The notes beneath the pieces were generated by a model. It saw only the letters and a program-made list of their open reading frames with translations. It was not told the DNA's origin and did not search any database. From an uncultured Pseudomonadota bacterium (GTDB lineage: Bacteria > Pseudomonadota > Gammaproteobacteria > Burkholderiales > Rhodocyclaceae), in NCBI GenBank assembly GCA_903939665.1, contig CAJAHZ010000314.1:1-36523 (forward strand): DNA of 36,523 nucleotides, in the 5' to 3' direction. The position numbers and the translations under genes are program-made. Within the stretch, counting starts at the first letter, position 1, and each line of letters starts with the position of its first letter. Of this stretch, positions 1-8,429 are shown piece after piece.

Positions 1-2
1 TG

Positions 3-290
3 ATGCAGTGGAAGAGCGCCAAGGGTGCCAAGGCCGTTGATGGCTCGGTAACCGACAAGCGCTCCATGGAAGGCGGTACGACGGGCGTCAAGGCTGAAGG
101 CGACAACAAGGGCGGCACCTACACCGTGACCTTTACGCGCAAGCTGACTGGCGCTCTGGCCGAAGGCAAGGCCGCACCGTTTGGTTTTGCAGTCCATGCA
201 GACCATGCGACCGGCCGCTTCCACCACGTTTCGATGGGCTACACGATTGGCTTCGGTGCCGATGGCGACATCAAGGCGACCAAGCAGTAA
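3..290 (+). CDS. C-terminal fragment (5' end outside window) of a periplasmic c-type cytochrome; paralog of the next gene (EB_dh / cytochrome c-552-like haem-binding fold, tentative)
   Basis: The ORF reaches the window start. Its 95 aa align colinearly with the C-terminus of the 449..1336 product (QWKS, NKGG-YTVTFTRKL, PFG-A-H, RFHHVS-GYT-G-GA-GDIKA-KQ-stop). A hairpin plus T-run follows. Confidence 0.7.
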   Translation: MQWKSAKGAKAVDGSVTDKRSMEGGTTGVKAEGDNKGGTYTVTFTRKLTGALAEGKAAPFGFAVHADHATGRFHHVSMGYTIGFGADGDIKATKQ

Positions 291-310
291 GCGACATCAA
301 GCTTCAGCAA

Positions 311-342
311 AAGGGCAGAGCTTCGGCTCTGCCCTTTTTTAT
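311..342 (+). terminator. Rho-independent terminator
   Basis: Stem gggcagagc / gctctgccc with loop ttcg, followed by tttttta, 20 nt after the stop codon. Confidence 0.75.
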
Positions 343-375
343 TCCGCCGGCAGTTTGTGCGCCCGAAGCTATTAC

Positions 376-403
376 TTCACCACATAGATGAAATGGTTAT
401 AAT
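376..403 (+). promoter_or_regulatory. Candidate sigma70 promoter for the second cytochrome gene
   Basis: TATAAT at 398..403 with ttcacc 16 nt upstream. About 45 nt from the ATG at 449. By-eye match only. Confidence 0.25.
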
Positions 404-448
404 CGACAGGGATCGCAGCTTCCCAACTACTCTGACTGGACCGATACC

Positions 449-1336
449 ATGAAAAAACTGCAACTCTCCATCCTCGGCACCCTGCTCGCTGCCGGATCGC
501 AGTTCGCCATCGCCGCACCCGACTGGAGCAAGGTTCCCAAGCGCGATATTCAGGTATTTCATGCCGGCGTAACGCCGATTGAATGGATGATGAAAAAATC
601 CGACCACAGCGGTCGTACTGGAATCAACAAGGGTGAAAGTTGCGTTGGCTGCCACGAAGAAAAAGGCGGTCTCAACTTTGACTTCAAACGACTGGCCGGC
701 AAGGAGCTCGAACCAATCGGCGCTCCGAAAACGATGCATTTCCCGGTTTCCGTGCAAGCGGCCTACGACAAGGATCATCTTTACCTACGCCTGACCTTCA
801 AGGCGCCAGCCGACTCAGCAGCCGGGGCGCCGCACGAGGAAGCCGCGCCAATGCACGAGGTTAAGGCCGCCATCATGCTCGCTGGCGACAAAATACCGCA
901 AGGTGCACTCGTTGGCTGCTGGGCATCCTGCCACGCCGATGTGCGCTCGATGCCCGGCGCTGACCCGAAGAAGAAAAAATACGTCACCGATGCTAATGCT
1001 GGCGGCGGCGTCTTCTATGACTACATCCAGTGGAAGAGTGGTGAAGGTGGCAAGGGATCAACTCAGGTTGATGGTCACGTCGCTGCAGAGCGCGTCAACA
1101 AGGGCGGCATGGCGTTGGTCAAGGCCGAAGGTGAAAACAAGGGCGGCATATATACCGTCACCTTTACGCGCAAGCTGAGTGGCGGCGAGGGTGACCTTGC
1201 GCTGGCCGAAGGACAGGTCATCCCGTTCGGCGTTGCGATTCACACCGACAAAACGATCTTCCGTTTCCACCACGTATCACTCGGCTACACGCTGGGTCTT
1301 GGTGCCGCCGGCGACATAAAGGCAAGCAAGCAGTAG
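449..1336 (+). CDS. Secreted di-haem c-type cytochrome, EB_dh / cytochrome c-552-DMSO-reductase-gamma-like haem-binding domain (family tentative)
   Basis: Sec-type signal (MKKLQLSILGTLLAAGSQFAIA-AP). Two CXXCH motifs (CVGCH, CWASCH). C-terminal beta-rich region with the FTRKL and FHHVS pattern. ATG start and a terminator downstream. Confidence 0.75.
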   Translation: MKKLQLSILGTLLAAGSQFAIAAPDWSKVPKRDIQVFHAGVTPIEWMMKKSDHSGRTGINKGESCVGCHEEKGGLNFDFKRLAGKELEPIGAPKTMHFPVSVQAAYDKDHLYLRLTFKAPADSAAGAPHEEAAPMHEVKAAIMLAGDKIPQGALVGCWASCHADVRSMPGADPKKKKYVTDANAGGGVFYDYIQWKSGEGGKGSTQVDGHVAAERVNKGGMALVKAEGENKGGIYTVTFTRKLSGGEGDLALAEGQVIPFGVAIHTDKTIFRFHHVSLGYTLGLGAAGDIKASKQ

Positions 1337-1356
1337 GTGTAATACGAATCAGCCAG

Positions 1357-1386
1357 AAGGCGGTGCCAAGGCGCCGCCTTTTTTCT
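1357..1386 (+). terminator. Rho-independent terminator
   Basis: Stem aaggcggtgc / gcgccgcctt (one G-U pair) followed by a T-run. It lies between the cytochrome stop and the napF start. Confidence 0.65.
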
Positions 1387-1431
1387 TGCCAGACGTTCCA
1401 TGCACCGCCTACCTGCAGTAGCATTTCAGCG

Positions 1432-1914
1432 ATGACCACTCCCGACAGCCGCCGCAACTTTCTGCGTGGCAACTTCTCTCTTCGCCAAGGACCACTTCGC
1501 CCTCCCTGGGCACTTGCCGAAGCTGATTTTCTGCAAGCGTGCACACGCTGCGGCGACTGTGTTGATGCCTGCCCAACGCACATCGTCGTCAGTCGCGATG
1601 CGGGCTATCCGAGCATTGATTTCGCCGCTGGCGAATGCACATTCTGCGGCGACTGCGCCACGGTCTGCGCCACTGGCGCCTTGAAGCGAAGCGGGGAGCA
1701 AGCGCCATGGCAGGCCCTCGCCGCCATCAACGAGCCCTGCCTTGCCCGCCAGCGTGTCGAATGCCGTATCTGCGGCGATCAGTGCGCAGCGGGCGCAATC
1801 CGCTTCCCGCTGCGGGCCGGCGGCATAGCCCTGCCGGTACTTGATCAGGAGCGCTGCACCGGCTGCGGCGCCTGTGTTGGCCCCTGCCCGGTTCAGGCGA
1901 TCGCGGTGCGATAG
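1432..1914 (+). CDS. napF: Ferredoxin-type protein NapF (cytoplasmic Fe-S maturation factor for NapA)
   Basis: Colinear with E. coli NapF as I remember it. Twin-Arg-like SRRNFLRG, an RPPW motif, and four Cys clusters (CTRCGDCVDACP, CTFCGDCATVCA, CRICGDQCA, CTGCGACVGPCP). In-frame ATG at 1432 is preferred over the ORF-track start at 1363, which overlaps the terminator. Confidence 0.85.
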   Translation: MTTPDSRRNFLRGNFSLRQGPLRPPWALAEADFLQACTRCGDCVDACPTHIVVSRDAGYPSIDFAAGECTFCGDCATVCATGALKRSGEQAPWQALAAINEPCLARQRVECRICGDQCAAGAIRFPLRAGGIALPVLDQERCTGCGACVGPCPVQAIAVR

Positions 1915-2044
1915 CCAAAACGGCAAGAGCAGCGCTTTGCCCGCCGAAAATGAGGGCGCAAGGATCGGCTATGATTCGGGTATCCAGCGAGCGGAGGTTT
2001 GACAATGCGAAATGATTCCCCGGTAATGGTGCGTCGACGTCCTG

Positions 2045-4888
2045 ATGAGCCGTCCAGCACTTTGCGGGGCTGACAGCATGCCTCTGGCCGCGCAGCACGC
2101 TGACGAAGCTGAAGCCACCGCAAGGCTGTTGCGCGTGATTAGCGCGCTGGTGGAGGAGACACACCCGGCGCGGGCCGGACGGCTCAGCCTTAGCAGCCAC
2201 CTCGAACGCGATCTGGGGCTGGACAGTCTGGCGCGGGTCGAACTGCTGCTGCGCCTGGGTAACGAATTCAACACCGTCCTTCCCGATGCCGCGCTGGCCG
2301 AAGCCGAGACACCGCGCGACCTGCTGCGCCTGATCGGCGAAACAGGGGGGGTGATCACTCCGGGCGGCGCCTCTGAAAGAGTCGACGCGTTGCCTCAGGA
2401 CGCCATCAGGGGGCTGCCCGATCAGGCCGCCACACTGATCGAGGTGCTGGAATGGCACGCCGCGCACAATCCGCAGCGCACTCACGTCCTGCTCTACGGC
2501 GAGGGCGATCAGGCACAACCGATCACCTATGCCGAGCTGCTGGGTGAAGCGCGACGAATTGCCACCGGGCTTGTCGCACGCGGCCTGCTGCCACGACAGA
2601 CGGTGGCGCTGATGCTGCCGACCGGACGCAGCTATCTGACAAGCTTCTTTGGCGTCATGCTGGCCGGCGGCATTCCGGTACCGATCTACCCGCCGGCCCG
2701 TCTGGCGCAGATCGAGGACCATCTGCGCCGCCACGCACGCATTCTGTCCAACGCCGAAACCGTGTTCATCATCACCGTGCCGCAAGCCAAGGGCGTTGCC
2801 GCGCTGCTGCGCGCCGAGGCGCCTTCGCTGATCGAGATCGTCACCCCCGAGGAGCTCAATCTGCCGCCGATGGCGCTGCTCTACCGCGCCGCATCCAACG
2901 ACATCGCGTTCCTGCAATACACCTCGGGCAGCACCGGCGATCCAAAAGGCGTCGTCCTCACGCATGCCAACCTGCTGGCTAATCTGCGCGCCATGGGTGA
3001 GGCGATTGGTGCGTGCAGCGACGACGTGTTCGTTTCATGGCTGCCGCTTTATCACGACATGGGCTTGATCGGCGCATGGTTCGGCTCGCTCTACTTTGGC
3101 ATGCCATTGGTGCTGATGTCGCCGCTTGCCTTTCTCGCCCGCCCTTCACGCTGGCTCGCGGTCATCTCGCGCCACGGCGGCACCGTCTCGGCTGCACCGA
3201 ATTTCGCCTACGAACTATGCGCAAAGAAGCTGGCCGACGCTGATCTGCAGGGGCTGAATCTCTCTTCATGGCGACTGGCCCTGAACGGCGCCGAACCGGT
3301 CAGCCCGAATACGCTGGAGGCCTTTGCCACGCGCTTTGCGCCGTGGGGCCTGCAGCGCACAGCCATAACGCCGGTTTATGGCCTGGCCGAGTGCTCGGTC
3401 GGACTGGCGTTCCCGCCACTCGGGCGCGGCCCGCGGATCGACGCCATCGAACGCGAAGCCTTCATCAACGAAAGACGCGCCGTACCCGCCGCACCTGACG
3501 CAGTGGACGCCATGCACGTACCGGCCTGCGGACACGCGCTACCCGGACACGACATCCGCATTGCCGACGAAGCCGGCGGCGAACTCGCCGAGCGCCAGAT
3601 CGGCCGTCTGCAATTTCAGGGGCCATCGGCAACGCAGGGCTATTACCGCAACCCCACCGCGACGCAGAGCCTGTTTCACGACGGCTGGCTCGACTCAGGC
3701 GACTACGCCTATACCGTCGAAGGCGAGATCTACCTCACTGGCCGGGTCAAGGATCTGATCATTCGCGGCGGACGCAACCTCTATCCCTACGAACTGGAGC
3801 TGGCGGTCGGCAACATTGCCGGCGTTCGCAAGGGCTGTGTCGCCGTGTTTGCCAGCGCCGACCGCAGCAACGCCACCGAGCGGCTGGTGGTCCTCGCCGA
3901 GACCCGCGAAACCGATCCCGCAACATGCGAAGCGCTGCGCCAAAAGATCAACGAGGCGGCGGTAGACGTGATCGGCATGCCGGCCGATGAAGTCGTACTG
4001 GCGCCACCGAATTCCGTGCTCAAGACGTCGAGCGGCAAAATTCGTCGCGCCGCCTCGCGCGATGCTTATGAACAGGGCTTGATTGGTGCGCAAGCACCGC
4101 CGGCATGGCAGTCGGTATTGCGCCTCGGTCTGGCCGCGCTGCGTGCACGCCTCGGCGGTTGGCTGACGAATGCGCTACGCCGGATTTTTGCCGGCTGGTG
4201 CTGGACGATATTTGTACTGCTCGGCGTGCCGGTCGCCGCGCTGGTGACGATCCTGCAACGCCCGGCGATCGGGCGCCATCTGGTGCACGGCGCGGCGCGT
4301 GCTTTTCTTGCACTCACCGGCATGCCGGTACGCGCCGGGGGAATAGCAGCCCTGCCCGAGACAGCACACGTCCTGCTGGTCAATCACTGCAGCTACGTTG
4401 ACGCGCTGGTACTCTACGCAGCCTTGCCGCCGCGGCTCGGCCATATTTTTGTCGCCAAGCGTGAGTTCGTTGAACAACCCGCTATGCACGCCTTCCTGCG
4501 CGGCCTCGGCACGCTGTTCGTCGAACGCTTCGAGGCGTCGAAAAGTGCCCAGGACGTCGAGGAGATCGTTGCGGCACTGCGGCGCGGCGCAAAGCTGGTG
4601 ATTTTTCCGGAAGGGACTTTCTCGCGCGAAGCCGGCCTCAAGCCGTTTCGCATGGGTGCCTTCGTCGCGGCGGCACGCGCCGATGTGCCGATGGTCGTTG
4701 CCGGCCTGCGCGGCACGCGCCTTGTCCTGCGCGACAGAACCTGGATGCCGCGCTTCGGACAAATGCACTTTGAAGTCGGCAAGGAATTCCTGCCCGGGGG
4801 CAGCGACTGGACGGCAGCAGTCCGTCTGCGCGATGCAACGCGGTCAGAAATGCTGCGCCTGTGCGGCGAGCACGATCTGGCGCGTTGA
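2045..4888 (+). CDS. Tri-domain fusion: N-terminal acyl-carrier domain, fatty-acyl-AMP ligase (FAAL-type adenylation domain), one TM helix, C-terminal PlsC/LPLAT-family acyltransferase
   Basis: Carrier motif DLGLDSLARVEL (Ser codon about 2225). Adenylation cores FLQYTSGSTGDPKGV, SWLPLYHDMGL and GRVKDLIIRGGRNLYP. Hydrophobic AGWCWTIFVLLGVPVAALVTIL. Acyltransferase HX4D (NHCSYVD, 4385..4402) and FPEGTFS. Alternative ATG at 2078. Confidence 0.85.
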   Translation: MSRPALCGADSMPLAAQHADEAEATARLLRVISALVEETHPARAGRLSLSSHLERDLGLDSLARVELLLRLGNEFNTVLPDAALAEAETPRDLLRLIGETGGVITPGGASERVDALPQDAIRGLPDQAATLIEVLEWHAAHNPQRTHVLLYGEGDQAQPITYAELLGEARRIATGLVARGLLPRQTVALMLPTGRSYLTSFFGVMLAGGIPVPIYPPARLAQIEDHLRRHARILSNAETVFIITVPQAKGVAALLRAEAPSLIEIVTPEELNLPPMALLYRAASNDIAFLQYTSGSTGDPKGVVLTHANLLANLRAMGEAIGACSDDVFVSWLPLYHDMGLIGAWFGSLYFGMPLVLMSPLAFLARPSRWLAVISRHGGTVSAAPNFAYELCAKKLADADLQGLNLSSWRLALNGAEPVSPNTLEAFATRFAPWGLQRTAITPVYGLAECSVGLAFPPLGRGPRIDAIEREAFINERRAVPAAPDAVDAMHVPACGHALPGHDIRIADEAGGELAERQIGRLQFQGPSATQGYYRNPTATQSLFHDGWLDSGDYAYTVEGEIYLTGRVKDLIIRGGRNLYPYELELAVGNIAGVRKGCVAVFASADRSNATERLVVLAETRETDPATCEALRQKINEAAVDVIGMPADEVVLAPPNSVLKTSSGKIRRAASRDAYEQGLIGAQAPPAWQSVLRLGLAALRARLGGWLTNALRRIFAGWCWTIFVLLGVPVAALVTILQRPAIGRHLVHGAARAFLALTGMPVRAGGIAALPETAHVLLVNHCSYVDALVLYAALPPRLGHIFVAKREFVEQPAMHAFLRGLGTLFVERFEASKSAQDVEEIVAALRRGAKLVIFPEGTFSREAGLKPFRMGAFVAAARADVPMVVAGLRGTRLVLRDRTWMPRFGQMHFEVGKEFLPGGSDWTAAVRLRDATRSEMLRLCGEHDLAR

Positions 4889-4962
4889 GCGCGGAGTCTC
4901 ATCGGCAAACCGGCTGGACATCTGATCGCACGGCGCCAAGGTGCCGTCAGAGACAACCATCA

Positions 4963-4981
4963 AATGCAACAATGTTGCATT
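4963..4981. promoter_or_regulatory. Perfect 9-1-9 palindrome aatgcaaca-a-tgttgcatt; candidate metalloregulator (Zur/Fur-family) operator for the ZIP gene
   Basis: Read directly from the sequence. It lies 68 nt upstream of the ATG at 5049, in an otherwise non-coding gap, with no T-run after it (so not a terminator). The regulator identity is inferred only. Confidence 0.35.
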
Positions 4982-5048
4982 AATCGGGTCGCTGTGATTG
5001 AATGGCGCCTGTCTATTCGTGGCGAACTGCCGCCGCCCCTGCCCGCCG

Positions 5049-5861
5049 ATGCAAACCCCACTGTTCATCCAGATTGTTCTGGCCTGCCTGCTTGGCGGTC
5101 TGCTTAGTGTCGCCGCGGCTGCGCTGGTGATGTTCGGCTTGCCGCGCAAGTGGCTGACCTTCACCGTGAGCTTTTCCACGGGACTGCTGCTCGCTACAGC
5201 CACCTTGAATCTGCTGCCGGAGGCACTGGAGAGCGGTCTCTCGCCGCATACGGCATTTCCTCTGCTGCTCGGCGGTATCCTCACTTTTTTCATTCTTGAA
5301 AAACTTGCGCTGTGGCGCCATACGCACGGCGGCGCAGGCGATACGGATAGCCATCAGGACGACCACCAGTGCGACGACCACACGCATAGCCATCACCACC
5401 GGCACGGCGCGGCAGACGGCCATGGCGAAACGCTGCTGATCCTCGTCGGCGACGGTTTCCATAATTTCACCGACGGGCTCTTGATCGCTGCGGCCTTTCT
5501 TGCCGACCCAGCGCTGGGCTGGAGCACGACACTGGCCATCATCGCCCACGAAGTACCGCAGGAAGCGGGAGACTTCGCCATTCTGCTGGCCGCCGGCTGG
5601 AAACGCGGACGCGCCCTGTTCTGGAACGGCATGTCCAGCCTGACGGCGGTCGGCGGAGGAATCCTCGGCTACTTCGCACTGGACGGCGCCCGCAACTGGA
5701 TACCGATCATCATCACCGTTGCGGCATCAAGTTTTCTCTACATTGCCATTGCCGACCTGATGCCGCGCCTGAAGCGCGAAACCCAGTCGGTCGGCTGGCA
5801 CGGCTTGCTGCTGGCTGCCGGCATTGCCGTGGTGGCCTTCGGCAGCGCGCATTCGCACTGA
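5049..5861 (+). CDS. ZIP-family divalent metal transporter (ZupT/GufA-like) with a His-rich cytoplasmic loop
   Basis: Multi-TM protein with the ZIP signature HEVPQEAGDF and the loop HTHGGAGDTDSHQDDHQCDDHTHSHHHRHGAADGHGE. The ORF-track start at 4998 is TTG; the in-frame ATG at 5049 (MQTPLFIQIV) is preferred. Confidence 0.8.
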   Translation: MQTPLFIQIVLACLLGGLLSVAAAALVMFGLPRKWLTFTVSFSTGLLLATATLNLLPEALESGLSPHTAFPLLLGGILTFFILEKLALWRHTHGGAGDTDSHQDDHQCDDHTHSHHHRHGAADGHGETLLILVGDGFHNFTDGLLIAAAFLADPALGWSTTLAIIAHEVPQEAGDFAILLAAGWKRGRALFWNGMSSLTAVGGGILGYFALDGARNWIPIIITVAASSFLYIAIADLMPRLKRETQSVGWHGLLLAAGIAVVAFGSAHSH

Positions 5862-5877
5862 TCGCCCGTCCATCCAA

Positions 5878-5908
5878 GAAAACGGGGAGCCTGGGCTCCC
5901 CGTTTTTC
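5878..5908. terminator. Bidirectional rho-independent terminator between the ZIP gene and napB
   Basis: gaaaaacggggagc-ctgg-gctccccgtttttc: perfect stem flanked by an A-run and a T-run, between convergent genes. Confidence 0.8.
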
Positions 5909-5948
5909 CTTCGGCAAAATCAGCCAGCAAGCCGGCTGCGCCTTGCGC

Positions 5949-6416
5949 TCAGTTCTTCTTGGCCGGCTTCTTCACCTCGTCGCCCTTGAAGGAATTTTCC
6001 ACCAGCGGCGGCGCGTCAACCTGCGGCACATGGCACAGGACACAGCTGTAACGCAAGGAAGACGCTTCGGGCAGTTTCTTGCCTTGACGGTCGACAAAAT
6101 GGCTGTCACCCACCTTCGGCGCATTCTTCTTCTTGAAATTCGCCGCCGAGTGGCAATCCAGGCACTGATTGCCTTCAAGATTGATCTCGTCGAAGTTCTC
6201 CACGGCATGCGGAATCACCGGCGGCTGCGTGCTGAAGGTGCGGGTAATCGGCGCCTGCGTACCCGGTCGCTTGCCGACGTAGGCTTTGACCTCAGCCGGT
6301 TGGTCGGGAGCCGCCACATCAATGCCGCGCATCGATTTGGCGCCTTCGGCAGCAAATGCCAGGGCGGTAAAACAGGTGGCCACGGCGGCGATGGTAAATT
6401 TCACGGTCTTGTTCAT
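5949..6416 (-). CDS. napB: Periplasmic nitrate reductase di-haem cytochrome c subunit NapB
   Basis: Signal peptide MNKTVKFTIAAVATCFTALAFA. Two CXXCH motifs (CLDCH, CVLCH). GGAGGGAG Shine-Dalgarno before the ATG at 6416. Last gene of the nap operon. Confidence 0.9.
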   Translation of the reverse strand: MNKTVKFTIAAVATCFTALAFAAEGAKSMRGIDVAAPDQPAEVKAYVGKRPGTQAPITRTFSTQPPVIPHAVENFDEINLEGNQCLDCHSAANFKKKNAPKVGDSHFVDRQGKKLPEASSLRYSCVLCHVPQVDAPPLVENSFKGDEVKKPAKKN

Positions 6417-6467
6417 GATCAGAGCTCCCTCCACGTCAAAGAATAATTTTGCTGTTTCTTGAATGAT

Positions 6468-7373
6468 TCAACTGGCGGCCGACGCAGAAGACTGCGACGC
6501 GGCACGCGTCCGGTCGATAACCGGATTGCCAAAACGCGTGCCAAAGTTAAAAACGTCTTTCGAACAAACATCAATGCAACGCCCACAGTTGGTGCAATTT
6601 GCTGCGAGGATCAGCGGACCGATCCCTTGCCCCTCGCCCTTGAGCGCCGGACGAATCACCTGCGGTTCGGGGCAGACCTCGAAGCAGTCCATGCAATCGT
6701 TACAGGCGCTGCGCCTGATCGCCGAAATGCGCAGCGGGCTCCACTTGCCGAGCAGGCTGTAGAAGGCACCGACCGGACACAAATGGCCGCACCAGCCGCG
6801 GCTCATGACAAAAAGGTCGAAAAGAAAAATCGCCAGGACGACAGCCCACCCGGCGCCGATCCCAAAAATGAGGCCGCGATGCAGCATCGATACCGGATTG
6901 ATCAATTCCCAGGCAATCGTACCCGTCACCCCGGCGAGCAGAAGGGTCATGCCGAGGATCCAGTAGCGGGTGGCACGCGCGATGTGCGCACTGCCCTTGA
7001 TGCCAAGGCGACCACGCAACCAGCCGGCAAGATCAGTCACCATATTGACCGGGCACACCCAAGCGCAATAAACCCGGCCACCCACCAGAAAATAGAACGT
7101 AATGACAATCGCTGCGCCGATCAGCGCCAGCTTCTCAGGCAGATGACCCGCGGCCAGCGACTGCAAGAGAACGTACGGGTCGGTCAGCGGCAGTGTTTTC
7201 AGCGTCAGGCTGTAGCTCAGATTGCCCTTGACCAGCCAGATGCCGGCCAGCGGTCCGAGAAGGAACAAGCCGAGTATCGAAAGCTGGCTGAAACGGCGCG
7301 CCAACAGCCATTTGTGCGCACCAAACCAGCCCTTGAGCGCGACGGCTTCGGCCCCGGTATGCTGGCTGCTCAT
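6468..7373 (-). CDS. napH: Membrane quinol dehydrogenase component NapH
   Basis: Four predicted TM helices, CX3CP motifs (CAWVCP, CGHLCP) and C-terminal 4Fe-4S motifs ([23 protein letters not shown]). Its ATG overlaps the napG stop (ATGA). Confidence 0.9.
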   Translation of the reverse strand: MSSQHTGAEAVALKGWFGAHKWLLARRFSQLSILGLFLLGPLAGIWLVKGNLSYSLTLKTLPLTDPYVLLQSLAAGHLPEKLALIGAAIVITFYFLVGGRVYCAWVCPVNMVTDLAGWLRGRLGIKGSAHIARATRYWILGMTLLLAGVTGTIAWELINPVSMLHRGLIFGIGAGWAVVLAIFLFDLFVMSRGWCGHLCPVGAFYSLLGKWSPLRISAIRRSACNDCMDCFEVCPEPQVIRPALKGEGQGIGPLILAANCTNCGRCIDVCSKDVFNFGTRFGNPVIDRTRAASQSSASAAS

Positions 7374-8335
7374 CGCGGCGCCTCGTCAGACAGGCGATTG
7401 ACCAGGCCGCCGCCTGGCATTTTCGACGGCGCGCTGCCCGGCCCGCCGAGGCCCGGCGGCAAACTGGGAACCTTGCCTACCGAGCCACTGCCAGGCATTC
7501 CCGGCGGCAACTTGTCGCTGCCGGGGTCTAAGTGTCCTTCGAGCTTCATCCCTTCCGGCATTCGATCGGGCAAATCAATCAAATTCTTGTCGTCGACCAG
7601 CGACTTGCCGGCCTTCTCCTTCTCCACCCAGCCGATCCGGTAATGGTCACCGAGCGCGCCCTTGACGAGCTTGGCCGGCAGAATCCGGATTGACGCCTGT
7701 TCGGTCACGCACGACTTCTCGCATTTGCCGCAACCGGTGCAATGCTCGGAGTGCACCGTCGGAATGAACATGGCATGACGACCGGTACGCGTATTGGGCC
7801 GCAACTCAAGCGTGATCGCTTTGTCGATCAGCGGACAGACGCGATAGCAGACGTCGCAGCGCAAGCCAAGGAAATTGAGGCAGGTTTCCTGATCCGCAAG
7901 GACAGCCAGACCCATTTTCGACTTGTTGATGTCGGTCAGCCCATGATCAAGTGCGCCGGTCGGACAAGCCTTGACGCAGGGAATGTCTTCGCACATTTCA
8001 CACGGGCCGCTGCGGGCCGTGAAATAAGGCGTGCCGGTCGCAACCGGCGATTCCGGCCTGGCTAATTCGAGGATGTCATACGGACAGTCGCGCACGCACA
8101 TGCCGCAACGAATGCAGGCGCCAAGGAAGTCTGCCTCCAAGCCGGCACCCGGCGGACGGATCGCCTGCGGCGGCAGCGCTCTTGCCTGCTTGGTGTAAAA
8201 CGACAAGCCGAGACCGAGCATCCCGACGCCGCAAGCCATCCGTGCGGAATCGAGAACGAATTGGCGACGCGCCAGCGAACGCCGATTGGCGCCCGATGGC
8301 ATCGCGACAGGCCCGGTATTTTTTTCGACAGTCAT
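7370..8335 (-). CDS. napG: Periplasmic Fe-S quinol dehydrogenase component NapG, with an unusual Pro/Gly-rich C-terminal extension
   Basis: Tat motif ARRQFVL and four ferredoxin Cys clusters ([46 protein letters not shown]). About 85 extra C-terminal residues rich in P/G. Alternative ATG at 8302. Confidence 0.85.
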   Translation of the reverse strand: MTVEKNTGPVAMPSGANRRSLARRQFVLDSARMACGVGMLGLGLSFYTKQARALPPQAIRPPGAGLEADFLGACIRCGMCVRDCPYDILELARPESPVATGTPYFTARSGPCEMCEDIPCVKACPTGALDHGLTDINKSKMGLAVLADQETCLNFLGLRCDVCYRVCPLIDKAITLELRPNTRTGRHAMFIPTVHSEHCTGCGKCEKSCVTEQASIRILPAKLVKGALGDHYRIGWVEKEKAGKSLVDDKNLIDLPDRMPEGMKLEGHLDPGSDKLPPGMPGSGSVGKVPSLPPGLGGPGSAPSKMPGGGLVNRLSDEAPR

Positions 8336-8429
8336 GATGAGCTAAGGATCACCCGTCAGTTTGCGGCACGCGGCGGGCTTGGTGCCCGCCGCGCTGCGCA
8401 CTGATCGGCTATCTCCTGCTTGCGCTCAC

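Noticed and set aside
1727-2965. 412-aa minus-strand ORF spanning napF and the start of the fusion gene
   Set aside because: It is antisense to two confidently recognised genes. Its Arg/Gly/Ala/Gln-rich, motif-free translation is typical of shadow frames in GC-rich DNA.
5330-5440. His/Asp-rich low-complexity stretch that might look like a repeat or a separate metal-binding peptide gene
   Set aside because: It is in frame within the ZIP transporter, at the position of the variable cytoplasmic loop between TM3 and TM4.
6459-7643. 394-aa plus-strand ORF antisense to napH/napG. Similar long antisense ORFs occur at 8361..9248, 9537..10508, 17566..18894, 25785..26915 and 35276..36370.
   Set aside because: All lie opposite genes with clear family motifs. 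Their translations are low-complexity (R/P/A/G-rich) and they lack ribosome-binding sites. I treat them as GC-driven open frames, not overlapping genes.
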